Source: Ignavibacteriota bacterium | GTDB taxonomy: Bacteria; Bacteroidota; Ignavibacteria; UBA10030; CAVZMI01 | Length of the DNA: 64,000 nucleotides | Assembly: GCA_963776275.1 (NCBI GenBank) | Contig: CAVZMI010000023.1 | Coordinates: 128,001-192,000 of the forward strand | Reading direction: 5' to 3' | Part shown: positions 1-9,466 of the stretch, piece by piece | Layout of the letters: each line of letters opens with the position of its first letter | How positions within the stretch are numbered: the first letter of the stretch is position 1 | The notes under the pieces: generated by a model | Database searches by the model: none | The model's input: the letters and a program-made list of their open reading frames with translations, nothing else | What the model was told of the DNA's origin: nothing | Program-made: the position numbers and the translations under genes

Positions 1-220
1 CTCTTTTGCCGTGCCACCAGGAGACTACCATCTTAGTACCGCGTTTGATGCGAATGGTGATGGTAGTTTTAATTCAGGCAATACAGATCCATATTTGATT
101 TACACGCCTACCAACTCAACAGGAACCGGAACATTTGGTACAGCTGCTGCTAAACTCACTATTATTGCAGGTCAGACTTTTACTGCAAATGTTTCATTCG
201 GAGATACGTACAAGAAATGA
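1..220 (+). CDS. 3' end of a secreted/surface protein running in from the left edge (partial)
   Basis: Open frame ending TGA at 218-220; DANGDG Ca-binding-like motif and beta-rich tail. Confidence 0.55.
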   Translation, partial: SFAVPPGDYHLSTAFDANGDGSFNSGNTDPYLIYTPTNSTGTGTFGTAAAKLTIIAGQTFTANVSFGDTYKK

Positions 221-258
221 AATTTAGGAACGAATGTCCACAGCGGTCATTTAGTAAT

Positions 259-318
259 TGACCTGCCCCCAAAGTGATCAAAAGTATATTATGGATCATA
301 GGGGGCAGCAATTGGTAG
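259..318 (+). mobile_element. Repeat A copy 1: IS3-family left-end remnant
   Basis: TGACCTGCCCCCAAAGTGATC... with a TGATC..GATCA hairpin; homologous to 2866, 11865 and 22699. Confidence 0.6.
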
Positions 319-537
319 TCCGATCCCACAAATGTGGGATCGAGATTTTACCCCGAGTTAATCGAGGGGCTCGTACCGACTTCCCTCGACCCGCCTTCGG
401 CGGGCTCGGGACAGGTCGTCGGGACGGACTTATTTATCCGCCGTCCTAAAGTCGAAGATCCTGAGCCTGTCGAAGGGGACTGCTATGCTGAGGTTAACCG
501 CTCTATCCGCTGGAGTGTTATTTACGTAGACGGAGCG
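317..537. repeat. Repeat B copy 1: nested REP-like palindromes immediately before an attC R' box
   Basis: GATCCCAC..GTGGGATC, CCCTCGACCCGCCTTCGGCGGGCTCGGG and CCTGAGCCTGTCGAAGGG; core is nearly identical to 15093-15220. Confidence 0.8.
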
Positions 538-559
538 CCCATTCGTTATGTTGCAATTG
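536..559 (+). repeat. attC right end (R' GTTATGT) opening cassette 545-1950
   Basis: GTTATGTTGCAATTG (545-559) is the exact reverse complement of CAATTGCAACATAAC (1936-1950). Confidence 0.8.
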
Positions 560-592
560 CCTGTCATGATTCGAAAAACGAGGAGAAAAATC

Positions 593-1933
593 ATGAAAGC
601 TCTTTTCATAACACTTCTGCTCGCTGTTGTGGTGGGCGTGTGCGATGCACAGTGGTTTCAGCAAAACAGCGGGACAACAGCAGATTTGTTTTCCGTTGCT
701 TTCAGCGACTCTAACCATGGGGTGGTTGTTGGTGATTCAGGGTTAATCCTTCAAACCACTAATGGCGGATTAAACTGGATGCGGCGGCAGAGCCGGAGGT
801 CTTTGGCGCTAACCTCTGTCTACTTTCTTAATCCGAGCAATGGTTGGGTTGTGGGCTATGCTGGCGATTCCGTTTTATATACATCGGATGGTGGAATCAA
901 TTGGGTACCAAGAGGTTTGGCTAGTGGTAACTACTTGAGGTCGGTCTATTTTGTAAATCAGAATATCGGATGTGCTGGGGGCATGCAGTATGTGTTGTGG
1001 GGGAACAGGCCGTGTGTCAGCTATACTACTGACGGAGGATTTCACTGGACTAGGGCGGCATGGGATTCTACGGACTTGGGCGGTGGATTCGTTTCATCTA
1101 TTCACTTCTCAGACGAATCTCACGGCTGGCTTGTAAGAAATGAAGATGATCTGTTATATGACTCTTCAAACTTCCTTCCCCAAGTTGCTAGGACTACTGA
1201 CGGGGGTCGCTCTTGGATGTGTGTTCAACTGGGGAATGTGCACATAACTTCAATGGAGATTGTGGGGCTTAACAACATCTGGCTTGTGGGATCCACTAGC
1301 GACAGTGCGAGATATATTCTGCATTCGACAAACGCGGGTAACTCTTGGAATGCCTTAATAGGAAGGATGCGAAGTTCTCTTCAATCTGTGTGCTTCGTTG
1401 ATACAGTCAACGGCTGGGCGATTGGTCGGAATTATGATACCAGTGTAATTCATCAATCTGACACTAGTGTGATTCTAAGGACGACAAACGGCGGAATTGA
1501 TTGGAAGGAGCAATATCGAATGCCTGTTAGTCTATCGGACGCAGGGTTCCGTTCTATTTCATTTGTCGATGTGAACAACGGTTGGGTAGTTGGAAGCAAT
1601 GGCGTAATCCTTCATACGACTAATGGCGGTCTCACGTTTGTTGAATCATCAACGACAGGTGAGGTGCCAGAGACATACGCACTCAAGCAAAACTACCCGA
1701 ACCCTTTTAATCCAGCGACAAATATTTCTTTTAGTCTTCCATCAAAATTTTTTGTTACGTTGAAGGTATTTGATATTATGGGAAGAGAAGTAGCGACCAT
1801 TGTTGCCGAAGATTTATTGGCAGGAAGTTACTTGCGGCAATGGAATGCAGCAAATATGTCGAGTGGAATTTATTTCTATCGTTTACACGCTGGTTCATTT
1901 ACGGAAACTAAAAAACTAGTTTTACTCAGATAA
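593..1933 (+). CDS. YCF48/BNR-repeat beta-propeller secreted protein with T9SS C-terminal domain
   Basis: AGGAG RBS, signal peptide MKALFITLLLA, repeated TT(N/D)GGxxW Asp-boxes, NYPNPFNP...ETKKLVLLR. Confidence 0.85.
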   Translation: MKALFITLLLAVVVGVCDAQWFQQNSGTTADLFSVAFSDSNHGVVVGDSGLILQTTNGGLNWMRRQSRRSLALTSVYFLNPSNGWVVGYAGDSVLYTSDGGINWVPRGLASGNYLRSVYFVNQNIGCAGGMQYVLWGNRPCVSYTTDGGFHWTRAAWDSTDLGGGFVSSIHFSDESHGWLVRNEDDLLYDSSNFLPQVARTTDGGRSWMCVQLGNVHITSMEIVGLNNIWLVGSTSDSARYILHSTNAGNSWNALIGRMRSSLQSVCFVDTVNGWAIGRNYDTSVIHQSDTSVILRTTNGGIDWKEQYRMPVSLSDAGFRSISFVDVNNGWVVGSNGVILHTTNGGLTFVESSTTGEVPETYALKQNYPNPFNPATNISFSLPSKFFVTLKVFDIMGREVATIVAEDLLAGSYLRQWNAANMSSGIYFYRLHAGSFTETKKLVLLR

Positions 1934-1950
1934 AACAATTGCAACATAAC

Positions 1951-2070
1951 CATTTTAAAAAGGAAAGAGTCCCCGCTAAGCGGGATTTCACAAAAAGCGT
2001 TCAACAAGTAAATAGTAATATCCCGATGTATTCGCAGCAAGGATGTTGACAACCGAACGCGACCGGCAGC
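1951..2070 (+). repeat. Repeat E copy 1 (directly after an attC R'' box)
   Basis: ~120 bp nearly identical to 6101-6219; contains a CCCGCTAAGCGGG palindrome. Confidence 0.85.
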
Positions 2071-2103
2071 CCTCATTACAGTGACCAGCGGAAGGATAAT
2101 TAA

Positions 2104-2514
2104 ATGGAGAAGAGTAAGTCGCTATTAATTTTATACTTTTTAATTATTAGTCTTTTGTTTGCCGCCTGTGGAAGAAGAACCATAAAAACCTCCTGCGGCG
2201 ATTTCAAGATCGGCAATCCTTTTTTCCAACCAGTGCAAACCGAAGCCGGAATGCATAACATGCTGTTATTGCCGATAAGCCGTAAGGATGGCGATACGTT
2301 ATCTGTGGATGATATACGATGCATAAAACAGTCACCTCCTTATTTCGGCAGTACATGGGATTCCGGCGGCGGATATGATCTCCGTTATCCCTGGTACGCG
2401 CGATCGAGGAATGGTGAAATGGTATTGGTGTTCGGCGGGGCTCATGTGGGTGACCCGGTGCTCTATTGGGGGGAAAATGATCCGATAAAAATGAAAATCG
2501 ACGAAAGTAGATGA
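2104..2514 (+). CDS. Hypothetical lipoprotein, possibly truncated by in-frame TGA codons
   Basis: Lipobox FAAC; the frame continues past TGA codons at 2512 and 2587 to a CGCATAAC box at ~2654-2661. Confidence 0.55.
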   Translation: MEKSKSLLILYFLIISLLFAACGRRTIKTSCGDFKIGNPFFQPVQTEAGMHNMLLLPISRKDGDTLSVDDIRCIKQSPPYFGSTWDSGGGYDLRYPWYARSRNGEMVLVFGGAHVGDPVLYWGENDPIKMKIDESR

Positions 2515-2674
2515 AAATTCCGAAAAGGAATCTTTCTATTGAAAGACTCAAAGCCGCTCTTTCTGAATATATGCGAACATTCTGTCTGATCAGGCCAAAC
2601 GGAAAAAACTTATATAGAGAAATCTATCGAATCGATTAGCGCAAACCAACGAACGCATAACAAACGGCAAACCG

Positions 2675-2742
2675 GCCCGCCAGAAGATAAAGCACGGCGG
2701 GCAGGCACTTCCGCCAAAAGATTCCGCCAGCAAACGGCGGAC
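2675..2742. repeat. REP-like CCGCCAG...CGGCGG palindromes
   Basis: Two copies here; the same element occurs at 4256-4280. Confidence 0.65.
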
Positions 2743-2865
2743 GCACAAAACGCGACAGCATGGCGTACCCGCTCAGCCGAGTAGAAAAGCGTTCTTTGTG
2801 GGAGCGAGGCGAGCAAATGCACACTGGATAGGCGAGGGAAAAAACTATAATTGGTTCAATAAAAG

Positions 2866-2932
2866 TGACCAGCCCTCATAGTGATCCAAAGTATACTATG
2901 GATCAAAGGAGGCAGCAATGGGCATAAAACGA
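2866..2932 (+). mobile_element. Repeat A copy 2: IS3-family left end with RBS and transposase start (MGIKR)
   Basis: TGACCAGCCC..GTGATCCAAAGTATACTATGGATCAAAGGAGGCAGCAATGGGC. Confidence 0.65.
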
Positions 2933-3034
2933 TTATGCGAAGTGACGTTTACTTCTATCGCTTGAAGGCAGGCTCATTTGTCCAGACTAAGAAGTTGTTG
3001 ATTTTAAAATAGTATTGTATCGAAATATAATAAC

Positions 3035-3209
3035 ACGGCAGCTCTCGTTAGGGCTGCCGTTTGATTATTAGCAGCTGATTGCTTACTTTCAATTGTTCCT
3101 CCAAAGATACATCCGACAACCAGCGTTGTATTGAGTTATAGATATTCGAGCGGTATATTAATCAAAACTAATCAGTGCTATAGCTTGGCTCCAGTCTATT
3201 AGGTGGCAC
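3035..3209 (+). repeat. Repeat C copy 1: terminator-like hairpin, conserved spacer, decayed attC right arm
   Basis: CGGCAGC..GCTGCCGTTTG...GATACATCCGACAACCAGCGTTGTA; ends CAGTGCTATAGCTTGG..CTATTAGGTGG. Confidence 0.8.
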
Positions 3210-3323
3210 CCGACAGTCTACTTTCAGAGGTTATTACACACTGCCCGTTTCAAAGTCCCGTTTTTGTGGGCACGTGTATCACAAACTACCTGCGATTGCA
3301 GGTAAGACAAAGGAGAAATTAAA

Positions 3324-4094
3324 ATGGGCATCTTTAGAAATCTTTCGACACACATTTACATGAAGCACATCAGTATGTGTTCTTGCGTTATTATCTCTCT
3401 GTTCATATTGAATGGCTGTAATTCTGAAGAGAAGGATTGGAATCAGACGCAGACTATCAATAAAATCGATAGTTATACTGACTTTATTAAGAAATACCCC
3501 GAAAGCCAATATGTGGATTCCGCAAAAGTGTTAATCAATGAGATAGGAAAAAAGAATAGACTAGAAAAAGTGTTAGCAACTCGAGACATCGATGCATTAA
3601 AAGCATTTGTATCTGATAGTGCAAACGAAGATATATTGAAGCGCTTTAAGATCAAGGCTGGTGATTCAATAACACTTGCTTCACAGCCGGAGAAAGCAAA
3701 AAAGGGCTACCAACTCTCATTAAAGCCCTCAAAAGAACATGGAAATTTTGATTATTTAATATCGATTCCGCCCAATACCAATGTGGATGTTGATTTCAAG
3801 GAAGATGTTCATGTCAAAATCGTAAAGGGAGATCTTGTGGTGTCTATCAAAAACGGTTATACTGCAGGCTATGTTACCACAAACAAAGAAGCAACCTTAT
3901 TAATAAAAGTGAAAGATAATAGAAAAATCATTCTTAGTGCAGAATATGTCAATGTTGACTCTAATATGTTTGTGTATCTGACTGAATCAGAATTTATCAT
4001 TACACGTACAGAAAGTGCGTCGATAAGAAGGGAATTGTTGAAGAACTCCTTTTCCTTATCAAAAGGAGAAATTTATTATGTGAAATTCGACTGA
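3324..4094 (+). CDS. Hypothetical lipoprotein
   Basis: AAGGAG RBS, lipobox LNGC, 'Y..FI.KYP.S.Y...A' helical motif. Confidence 0.7.
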   Translation: MGIFRNLSTHIYMKHISMCSCVIISLFILNGCNSEEKDWNQTQTINKIDSYTDFIKKYPESQYVDSAKVLINEIGKKNRLEKVLATRDIDALKAFVSDSANEDILKRFKIKAGDSITLASQPEKAKKGYQLSLKPSKEHGNFDYLISIPPNTNVDVDFKEDVHVKIVKGDLVVSIKNGYTAGYVTTNKEATLLIKVKDNRKIILSAEYVNVDSNMFVYLTESEFIITRTESASIRRELLKNSFSLSKGEIYYVKFD

Positions 4095-4203
4095 TTTGTT
4101 AGGTCTAAAATGTGAGTAGGTGTAGTTGTGCTTGTATGTCTTCACACAAATTAAAATCATTCAAGCTAAAAATTACTTGAGAATTTTCAAGAGTCACACT
4201 ATG

Positions 4204-4240
4204 CGACAGCTCTACTTCAGGGCTGCCGTTTGATCATTAT
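4204..4240 (+). repeat. Repeat C head only (copy 2)
   Basis: CAGCTCTA..AGGGCTGCCGTTTGATCATTA. Confidence 0.65.
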
Positions 4241-4288
4241 CCTTGTATCGGTTCAGTCCGCCAGCGAACGGCGGGCAGGCGAATCGAC

Positions 4289-5002
4289 CTATAGTTTTTT
4301 CAGATATGACCAGGGCCAATTCTCATAAAAATCGACCAATCCTGCTGAGACAGGATTCATGAGAATATAATCGACGATACGTGATAAATCGTTATCATCT
4401 CTCACTACGTGATCGTAGCTTTCGTTTTGCCAAAAAGCACCATTCCGAATTAGAATGCGGTTTGCCTCACGCGCGGTATAACGTTTCAATGATTGCATTA
4501 TTCGAAATAACGGTGGGCTGTTGTAGGTCGGAATGTCATTCCGACCTACATCGTTTACGGCCGATTCTTCAACTTGATTTGTAGTATTTATTTCAAATAC
4601 CATATGCACATGATTTGGCATGATACAATATGAGAGCAAACCGTATTCTTTCTGATCACGATGATGGATGGATTTTTTCACAATGCTAGCAATTTGCGGA
4701 TCTATCAACCATAGCGGACCTGTTTCGTTTTTATCGAGCAATCTATCGAATCGAGCAAAATAATCATCATTAAATTCCATCCACTCATCCGTTCGGGTTT
4801 TACGATTATCGATTTCTTCGATACGTTTTTTCACCCGTTCACGATCATAGCGCAACTGTTCAATCGCTTCCGCAGGTAAAGACCCTGCTAATCTAAACGT
4901 CACAAAATATGTTGCCTCTGACGGTTGATAGTGCGGGAGGTGGCGGCGATAGTAGAACTTGTCTACCGAGTTAGATTGTAGTGAGTTTATTGTAGTCTTC
5001 AT
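4289..5002 (-). CDS. REP-associated tyrosine transposase (RAYT, Y1/HUH)
   Basis: RRHLPH, YFVTFRL, HUH motif IMPNHVH, FWQNESYDHVVR, YILMNP; start moved to MKTTI. Confidence 0.9.
   Translation of the reverse strand: MKTTINSLQSNSVDKFYYRRHLPHYQPSEATYFVTFRLAGSLPAEAIEQLRYDRERVKKRIEEIDNRKTRTDEWMEFNDDYFARFDRLLDKNETGPLWLIDPQIASIVKKSIHHRDQKEYGLLSYCIMPNHVHMVFEINTTNQVEESAVNDVGRNDIPTYNSPPLFRIMQSLKRYTAREANRILIRNGAFWQNESYDHVVRDDNDLSRIVDYILMNPVSAGLVDFYENWPWSYLKKL
4522..4550. repeat. GTAG REP embedded in frame within the RAYT gene
   Basis: TGTAGGTCGGAATGTCATTCCGACCTACA, a perfect hairpin. Confidence 0.85.
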
Positions 5003-5087
5003 AATAATATGTTGGTATATATATTTACCGTGGGAATAGAGGATTCTGTGACAGTGGATTGTGGATAAGCGAGTCAGGTTGTCGCTT

Positions 5088-5158
5088 TTATGGTCGATTC
5101 GGCGAATCGACCTACATTGTTTACACATTGTAGGTCGGGATGCTATCCCGACCATAAA
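5088..5158. repeat. REP doublet (REPIN-like) upstream of RAYT
   Basis: TGGTCGATTCGGCGAATCGACCTACA...TGTAGGTCGGGATGCTATCCCGACCATA as an inverted pair. Confidence 0.85.
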
Positions 5159-5260
5159 CGGATATGGTCGAATCGGCCCGCCACTACACTCCGGCGCGGG
5201 CACATCCGGCTCGGATTCCCATGGATAAGACCTCTAATCGCTTTATCCGTCTCTCTTTTA

Positions 5261-5418
5261 ATGGCAGTTCTAGGTTAGGGCTGCCGTTTGATTATATGGA
5301 GTGGATTTCGTACCATTCAATTGTACCCACAAGATACATCCGAAAACCAGCGTTGTAGTGAGTCATAAATAATCAAGCTTATCGGTGACACAGCTTAGTG
5401 GCCATCCGTTAGGCGCCC
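5261..5418 (+). repeat. Repeat C copy 3 ending in an attC right arm (R' GTTAGGC at 5408)
   Basis: ...CAGCTTAGTGGCCATCCGTTAGGCGCCC; near-complementary to GGGCAGCCCAAC at 6089-6100. Confidence 0.8.
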
Positions 5419-5435
5419 GCAAGGATAATTTTGTT

Positions 5436-6088
5436 ATGAAGAAGTCCGTATTACTATATATCCTAGTGACACTCATATTTTTGGCTCAGTCCTGTAAAGA
5501 CAAGTCTGTCGAACCAGAAATACCATCTGACATCGCTGTATTCGTCCAAAGCCAGAATCTTCCAAAGGTGCAACCAATTAAGATTTTCCTTGAAATTCAG
5601 CAGGAGAATCTAATAGCCTTTAAGGTTAGCTATGGAGAAGCTCAAGATTGTCAATCGGGTTGTTTCTACAGCATCGCTTATGGCCTCAAGGTGCGGACGA
5701 AGATTGGCTGGCTCCGAATCAACGACTATGACCAGAACGACCTTAGCCATGTCATCAACTACGACTTTGACAGCACTGAAACGATCCTTTTTTCAAATCC
5801 ATTTTGGGATCAATTGAACGCAGCTGATTATTGGGTGTACCGATATGCTTTTCTCCCCTTGCTTGTTAGTGACAAGGACGTCCCTACGAATGTTCTCCAG
5901 CGAATAGCTGAAGGATTATACACGTATATTGATTCTTACTTAGCTTCTTTGTTGCTACTTAATTCAAAGGTTCAGGAAAGTAAGCCATTCTCACACTTCT
6001 TGCGGAATTACCCGTATTTCAGGGTGATGCTTATCAGGAAGTACGAGGAAAGGCTCGCGAACTGCTGAATTCACTTGGAAATGGTTGA
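5436..6088 (+). CDS. Hypothetical lipoprotein (cassette gene; probable frameshift near 5983)
   Basis: MKKSVLL..AQSC lipobox; an alternative frame AILTLLAELPVF...LGNG* ends just before R''. Confidence 0.65.
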
Positions 6089-6100
6089 GGGCAGCCCAAC

Positions 6101-6219
6101 CATTTTAAAAGGAAAGAGTCCCCGCTAAGCGGGATTTCACAAAAAGCGTTCAACAAGTAAATAGTAATCTCCCGATGAATCCGCAACAAGGATATTGACA
6201 ACCGAACACAACCGGCAGC
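6101..6219 (+). repeat. Repeat E copy 2
   Basis: Near-identical to 1951-2070 and again directly after R'' (..CCCAAC). Confidence 0.85.
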
Positions 6220-6241
6220 ACGCGATGACGGACGGCGAGAT

Positions 6242-6388
6242 TTGGTTCCATCACTTTAATCCATACATCTAGCTTCAGGGTTGCTTCTACTTCGATCTAA
6301 AGCCGGGCGGCATCACGAAAGCAGGTTCAAATAGTATTTTCTGTAATATTTTTTGTTGGGAAAATATCGCGGATATATGGGCGAAGGA
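6242..6388 (+). repeat. Repeat D copy 1 (with AT-rich tail)
   Basis: GGTTCCATCACTTTAATCCATACAT..GTTGCTTCTACTTCGATCTAAAGCCGGGCGGCATC. Confidence 0.85.
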
Positions 6389-6523
6389 TCATGGAAGTAA
6401 GACAGGTGTATGATAATAAAAAAAAGCAATTATCATTGGTACATCATTCGGGGGCAGGTCAATCAATAATTTTATAGCGACACTTGATCGGAGACACCTC
6501 AATTGAGAACCAAAAGTGGGAAT

Positions 6524-8998
6524 ATGAATCGAACAGAGATAGATAATTCCAGAAATCGGATGATTATTATTGTCCTCCTGTCGATGTTCGTCGCATTGAC
6601 ACACATTCAGCAATCTCCTGGCCAGACGACGCCATATGCCTGGAAGAGCGTTATCGTCGGTTGCGGAGGATTTGTGCCCGGGATAGTGTACCATCCTGTT
6701 GTGAAGGACCTGATGTATGCCCGCACCGATATCGGTGGCGCTTATCGATGGGATAAATCGATCAGCAAGTGGATACCATTGAACGATGAATTGACGATCA
6801 ACAATCTGGATGCCGAATACATGGGTGTACTTTCCATTGCCGTCGATCGAAATGACACGAATCGCGTTTATATGGAATGCGGGGAATGGACAGAAGCGTG
6901 GGCACAGCCAGGGGCTCTTTTTTCCTCGACAGACAAGGGTAATTCATGGACGATTCATCGATTGTCGGTTAAAATCGGCGGGGATGAGGATGGACGAGGC
7001 GCAGGAGAAAGACTTCAAGTGGATCCGAATTTAAACTCCATTCTTTTCATGGGGACAACAGCCGACGGATTATGGAAATCTACAAACTATGCGTCTACCT
7101 GGACAAGAATTTCTTCCTTCACTCCGACAAATGTGAATTTTGTTTTATTTGATTCGACGGGCGGCTCTTATGGCGACACTACGCAACGTATTTTTGTGGC
7201 CGCTGCCAATACAACCGGTAAAAGTCTGTATCGAAGCGATGACGGAGGTGCTTCATGGAGAGTTGTGGAAGGGCAACCGGGTGGGGTGATGGCGATAAGG
7301 GCGGCTCTCGCCGATAGCATACTCTATATAACGTTTTCAGATTACCCGGGTCCGAACGGTGCAACCGCAGGTTCCGTATGGAAATATAGCATCCCGGTGG
7401 GAAATTGGACGGATATCAGTCCGTCATCAGGTTATTACGGATTCAGCGGCGTTTCTGTTTGCTCCCAAAATCCGGATATTGTCATAGTGAGTACACTCGA
7501 TCGTTGGTCACCGATGGATGAAATATATCTTTCCACAAATGGCGGTGGTACCTGGTCTTCCCGCCTTTCAAATGCCACCATTGATTGTAGCTATGCGAAT
7601 TACAATAAAAATCTGAATCGCGAATGGCTTGCCTGCCTGGAAATAGATCCCTTTGATTCAAGCGGGGCGATGTTCGGAACCGGATACGGAATTTGGGTGT
7701 GTAACGATATCTATGCTTCCACTCCGACATGGTTTTTCAGGGATGAGAATGTGGAAGAAACCCAGACGTTTCAAATCGTCACTCCTCCGTATACAAATCT
7801 TTTATCGGCCATGGGAGACGTTGACGGATTCAGGCATGATAGTCTTGATGTATCTCCGCCGGATAAATACAGTCCGGCAAAATGGTCGACAACGTCCATT
7901 GCGTTCGCTGAAAATGCACCTGAAAAAGTTGTCAAGACTTACAACTCTCCATCCTGGGTTTCAGTCGATCATGGTGCCTACTCACTCGATGGAACGATCA
8001 CGTGGCACGATTTCGATACATGGCCGGCCGGAACATCCGATGGCGGCGTGTGGTCTATCGCACTTTCGGCAGACGGGAGCACTATAGTATGGAGTCCGAT
8101 CGGATCGGTGATGTCATATTCTACAGACGATGGATCAACATGGACGGCCTGTGGCGGCGGTGTCCCACTCATCTCTCCGGTTGCGGATAGGGTCAATACG
8201 GAAAAATTTTATGCTTATGATGGAATAAACGGACAACTATGGATTTCTTCGGATGGTGGAAAAACTTTTCAAAGAGGTGTTGGAAATTTGCCGGATGTTC
8301 CAAGCTGGCTCCCGCAGGACGGAAATATTTCCGCGGTACCGGGTCATGAGGGAGATCTTTGGATTTGCTGCGGCCAGGGCGGACTTTACCGAACTACCAA
8401 CTCGGGCGTAACAGCGACGAAAATTAATGCCGTAACTGCGGCTTATCGTGCAGGATTCGGCAAGGCATTGAATGCGGGTGGTTACCCTTCCATCTATATG
8501 TTTGGAACCGTCAAAAGTGCATTGGGTTTTTTCCGTTCGGATGACATTGGCGCATCATGGACAAGAATCAATGACGACAAGCATCAGTACGGAAAGATTA
8601 ATCAGATTATGGGCGATCCATGGGTTTATGGCAGGTGTTATGTGACACCGGTCGGACGAGGGATATTATATGGAGAACCGGTTGATAGCACATCTACATC
8701 CGTTGAGAGTAAGGGGGTGATTAGCAATATTCCCGCTGAATATGGATTGTTCCAGAATTATCCTAACCCCTTCAATCCGTCGACAACTATTTCTTTTAGC
8801 CTTCCAACACGGTCTTTTGTCTCGCTGAAAGTATTTGATTTGATAGGAAGAGAGGTCGCAACAATTGTCTCGGAAGAATTGTCGGCGGGGAATTACTCGC
8901 GGCAATGGAATGCGACAAATATGCCGAGCGGGATTTACTTTTATCGTTTACAGGCAGGTATATTTACAGAAACGAAGAAACTTGTTTTGCTGAGGTAA
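6524..8998 (+). CDS. GH74 xyloglucanase-like glycoside hydrolase with T9SS CTD
   Basis: GGGFVPGI-like motif, ARTDIGGAYRW and SAMGDVDGF catalytic-Asp regions, RSDD.G.SW Asp-boxes, CTD; exact start uncertain. Confidence 0.85.
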   Translation: MNRTEIDNSRNRMIIIVLLSMFVALTHIQQSPGQTTPYAWKSVIVGCGGFVPGIVYHPVVKDLMYARTDIGGAYRWDKSISKWIPLNDELTINNLDAEYMGVLSIAVDRNDTNRVYMECGEWTEAWAQPGALFSSTDKGNSWTIHRLSVKIGGDEDGRGAGERLQVDPNLNSILFMGTTADGLWKSTNYASTWTRISSFTPTNVNFVLFDSTGGSYGDTTQRIFVAAANTTGKSLYRSDDGGASWRVVEGQPGGVMAIRAALADSILYITFSDYPGPNGATAGSVWKYSIPVGNWTDISPSSGYYGFSGVSVCSQNPDIVIVSTLDRWSPMDEIYLSTNGGGTWSSRLSNATIDCSYANYNKNLNREWLACLEIDPFDSSGAMFGTGYGIWVCNDIYASTPTWFFRDENVEETQTFQIVTPPYTNLLSAMGDVDGFRHDSLDVSPPDKYSPAKWSTTSIAFAENAPEKVVKTYNSPSWVSVDHGAYSLDGTITWHDFDTWPAGTSDGGVWSIALSADGSTIVWSPIGSVMSYSTDDGSTWTACGGGVPLISPVADRVNTEKFYAYDGINGQLWISSDGGKTFQRGVGNLPDVPSWLPQDGNISAVPGHEGDLWICCGQGGLYRTTNSGVTATKINAVTAAYRAGFGKALNAGGYPSIYMFGTVKSALGFFRSDDIGASWTRINDDKHQYGKINQIMGDPWVYGRCYVTPVGRGILYGEPVDSTSTSVESKGVISNIPAEYGLFQNYPNPFNPSTTISFSLPTRSFVSLKVFDLIGREVATIVSEELSAGNYSRQWNATNMPSGIYFYRLQAGIFTETKKLVLLR

Positions 8999-9001
8999 CG
9001 G

Positions 9002-9055
9002 GCCTGCACGCCGAAGGGCTGCGTTTCGGCCCGCAGGCGGGCAACTGCAACTAAC
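9002..9055 (+). repeat. REP-like palindrome followed by an attC R''-like box GCAACTAAC
   Basis: GCCTGCACGCCGAA..TTCGGCCCGCAGGC; GCAACTGCAACTAAC resembles 1935-1950. Confidence 0.6.
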
Positions 9056-9097
9056 ACTTTAACTAAGATCAAAATATCCGCCAGAGATCAGTGGGCA

Positions 9098-9175
9098 TTG
9101 GTTCCATCATTTTAATCCATACATCAAGTCTCTAGAGTTGCTTCTACTTCGATCTATAGCCGGGGCGGCATCGAA
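9098..9175 (+). repeat. Repeat D copy 2
   Basis: Matches 6242-6314. Confidence 0.85.
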
Positions 9176-9466
9176 CATTAAAAATGGTTGCCTTTCGGGG
9201 AGGCGTTTATATTATTAACGTAATCGTTGACGATTTTGTGACAAGCCGGTGAAAGGTAAAATGTACGGTAAGGCGTTATTGTTTGCTTTTTGTCCCGTGT
9301 TTACTTAAAATCGTGGAAATCATCAGCTGTGCATAACTGTAAAAAGACTCCGGCTTCTACTCTATCTATAATAGATATGATTTTTGTATACGGTAATCAG
9401 ATATTTGCAGAAACTTCTTTCATAAAAATTCTTTTCTTCATTTTATCCTAACAGGAAGGCTCTGAG

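Noticed and set aside
258-718. Short ORFs 258-449, 334-714 and 518-718, and the N-terminal extension of ORF 15086
   Set aside because: They are translations of repeats A/B; the same peptide recurs at 15086 because the DNA repeat does.
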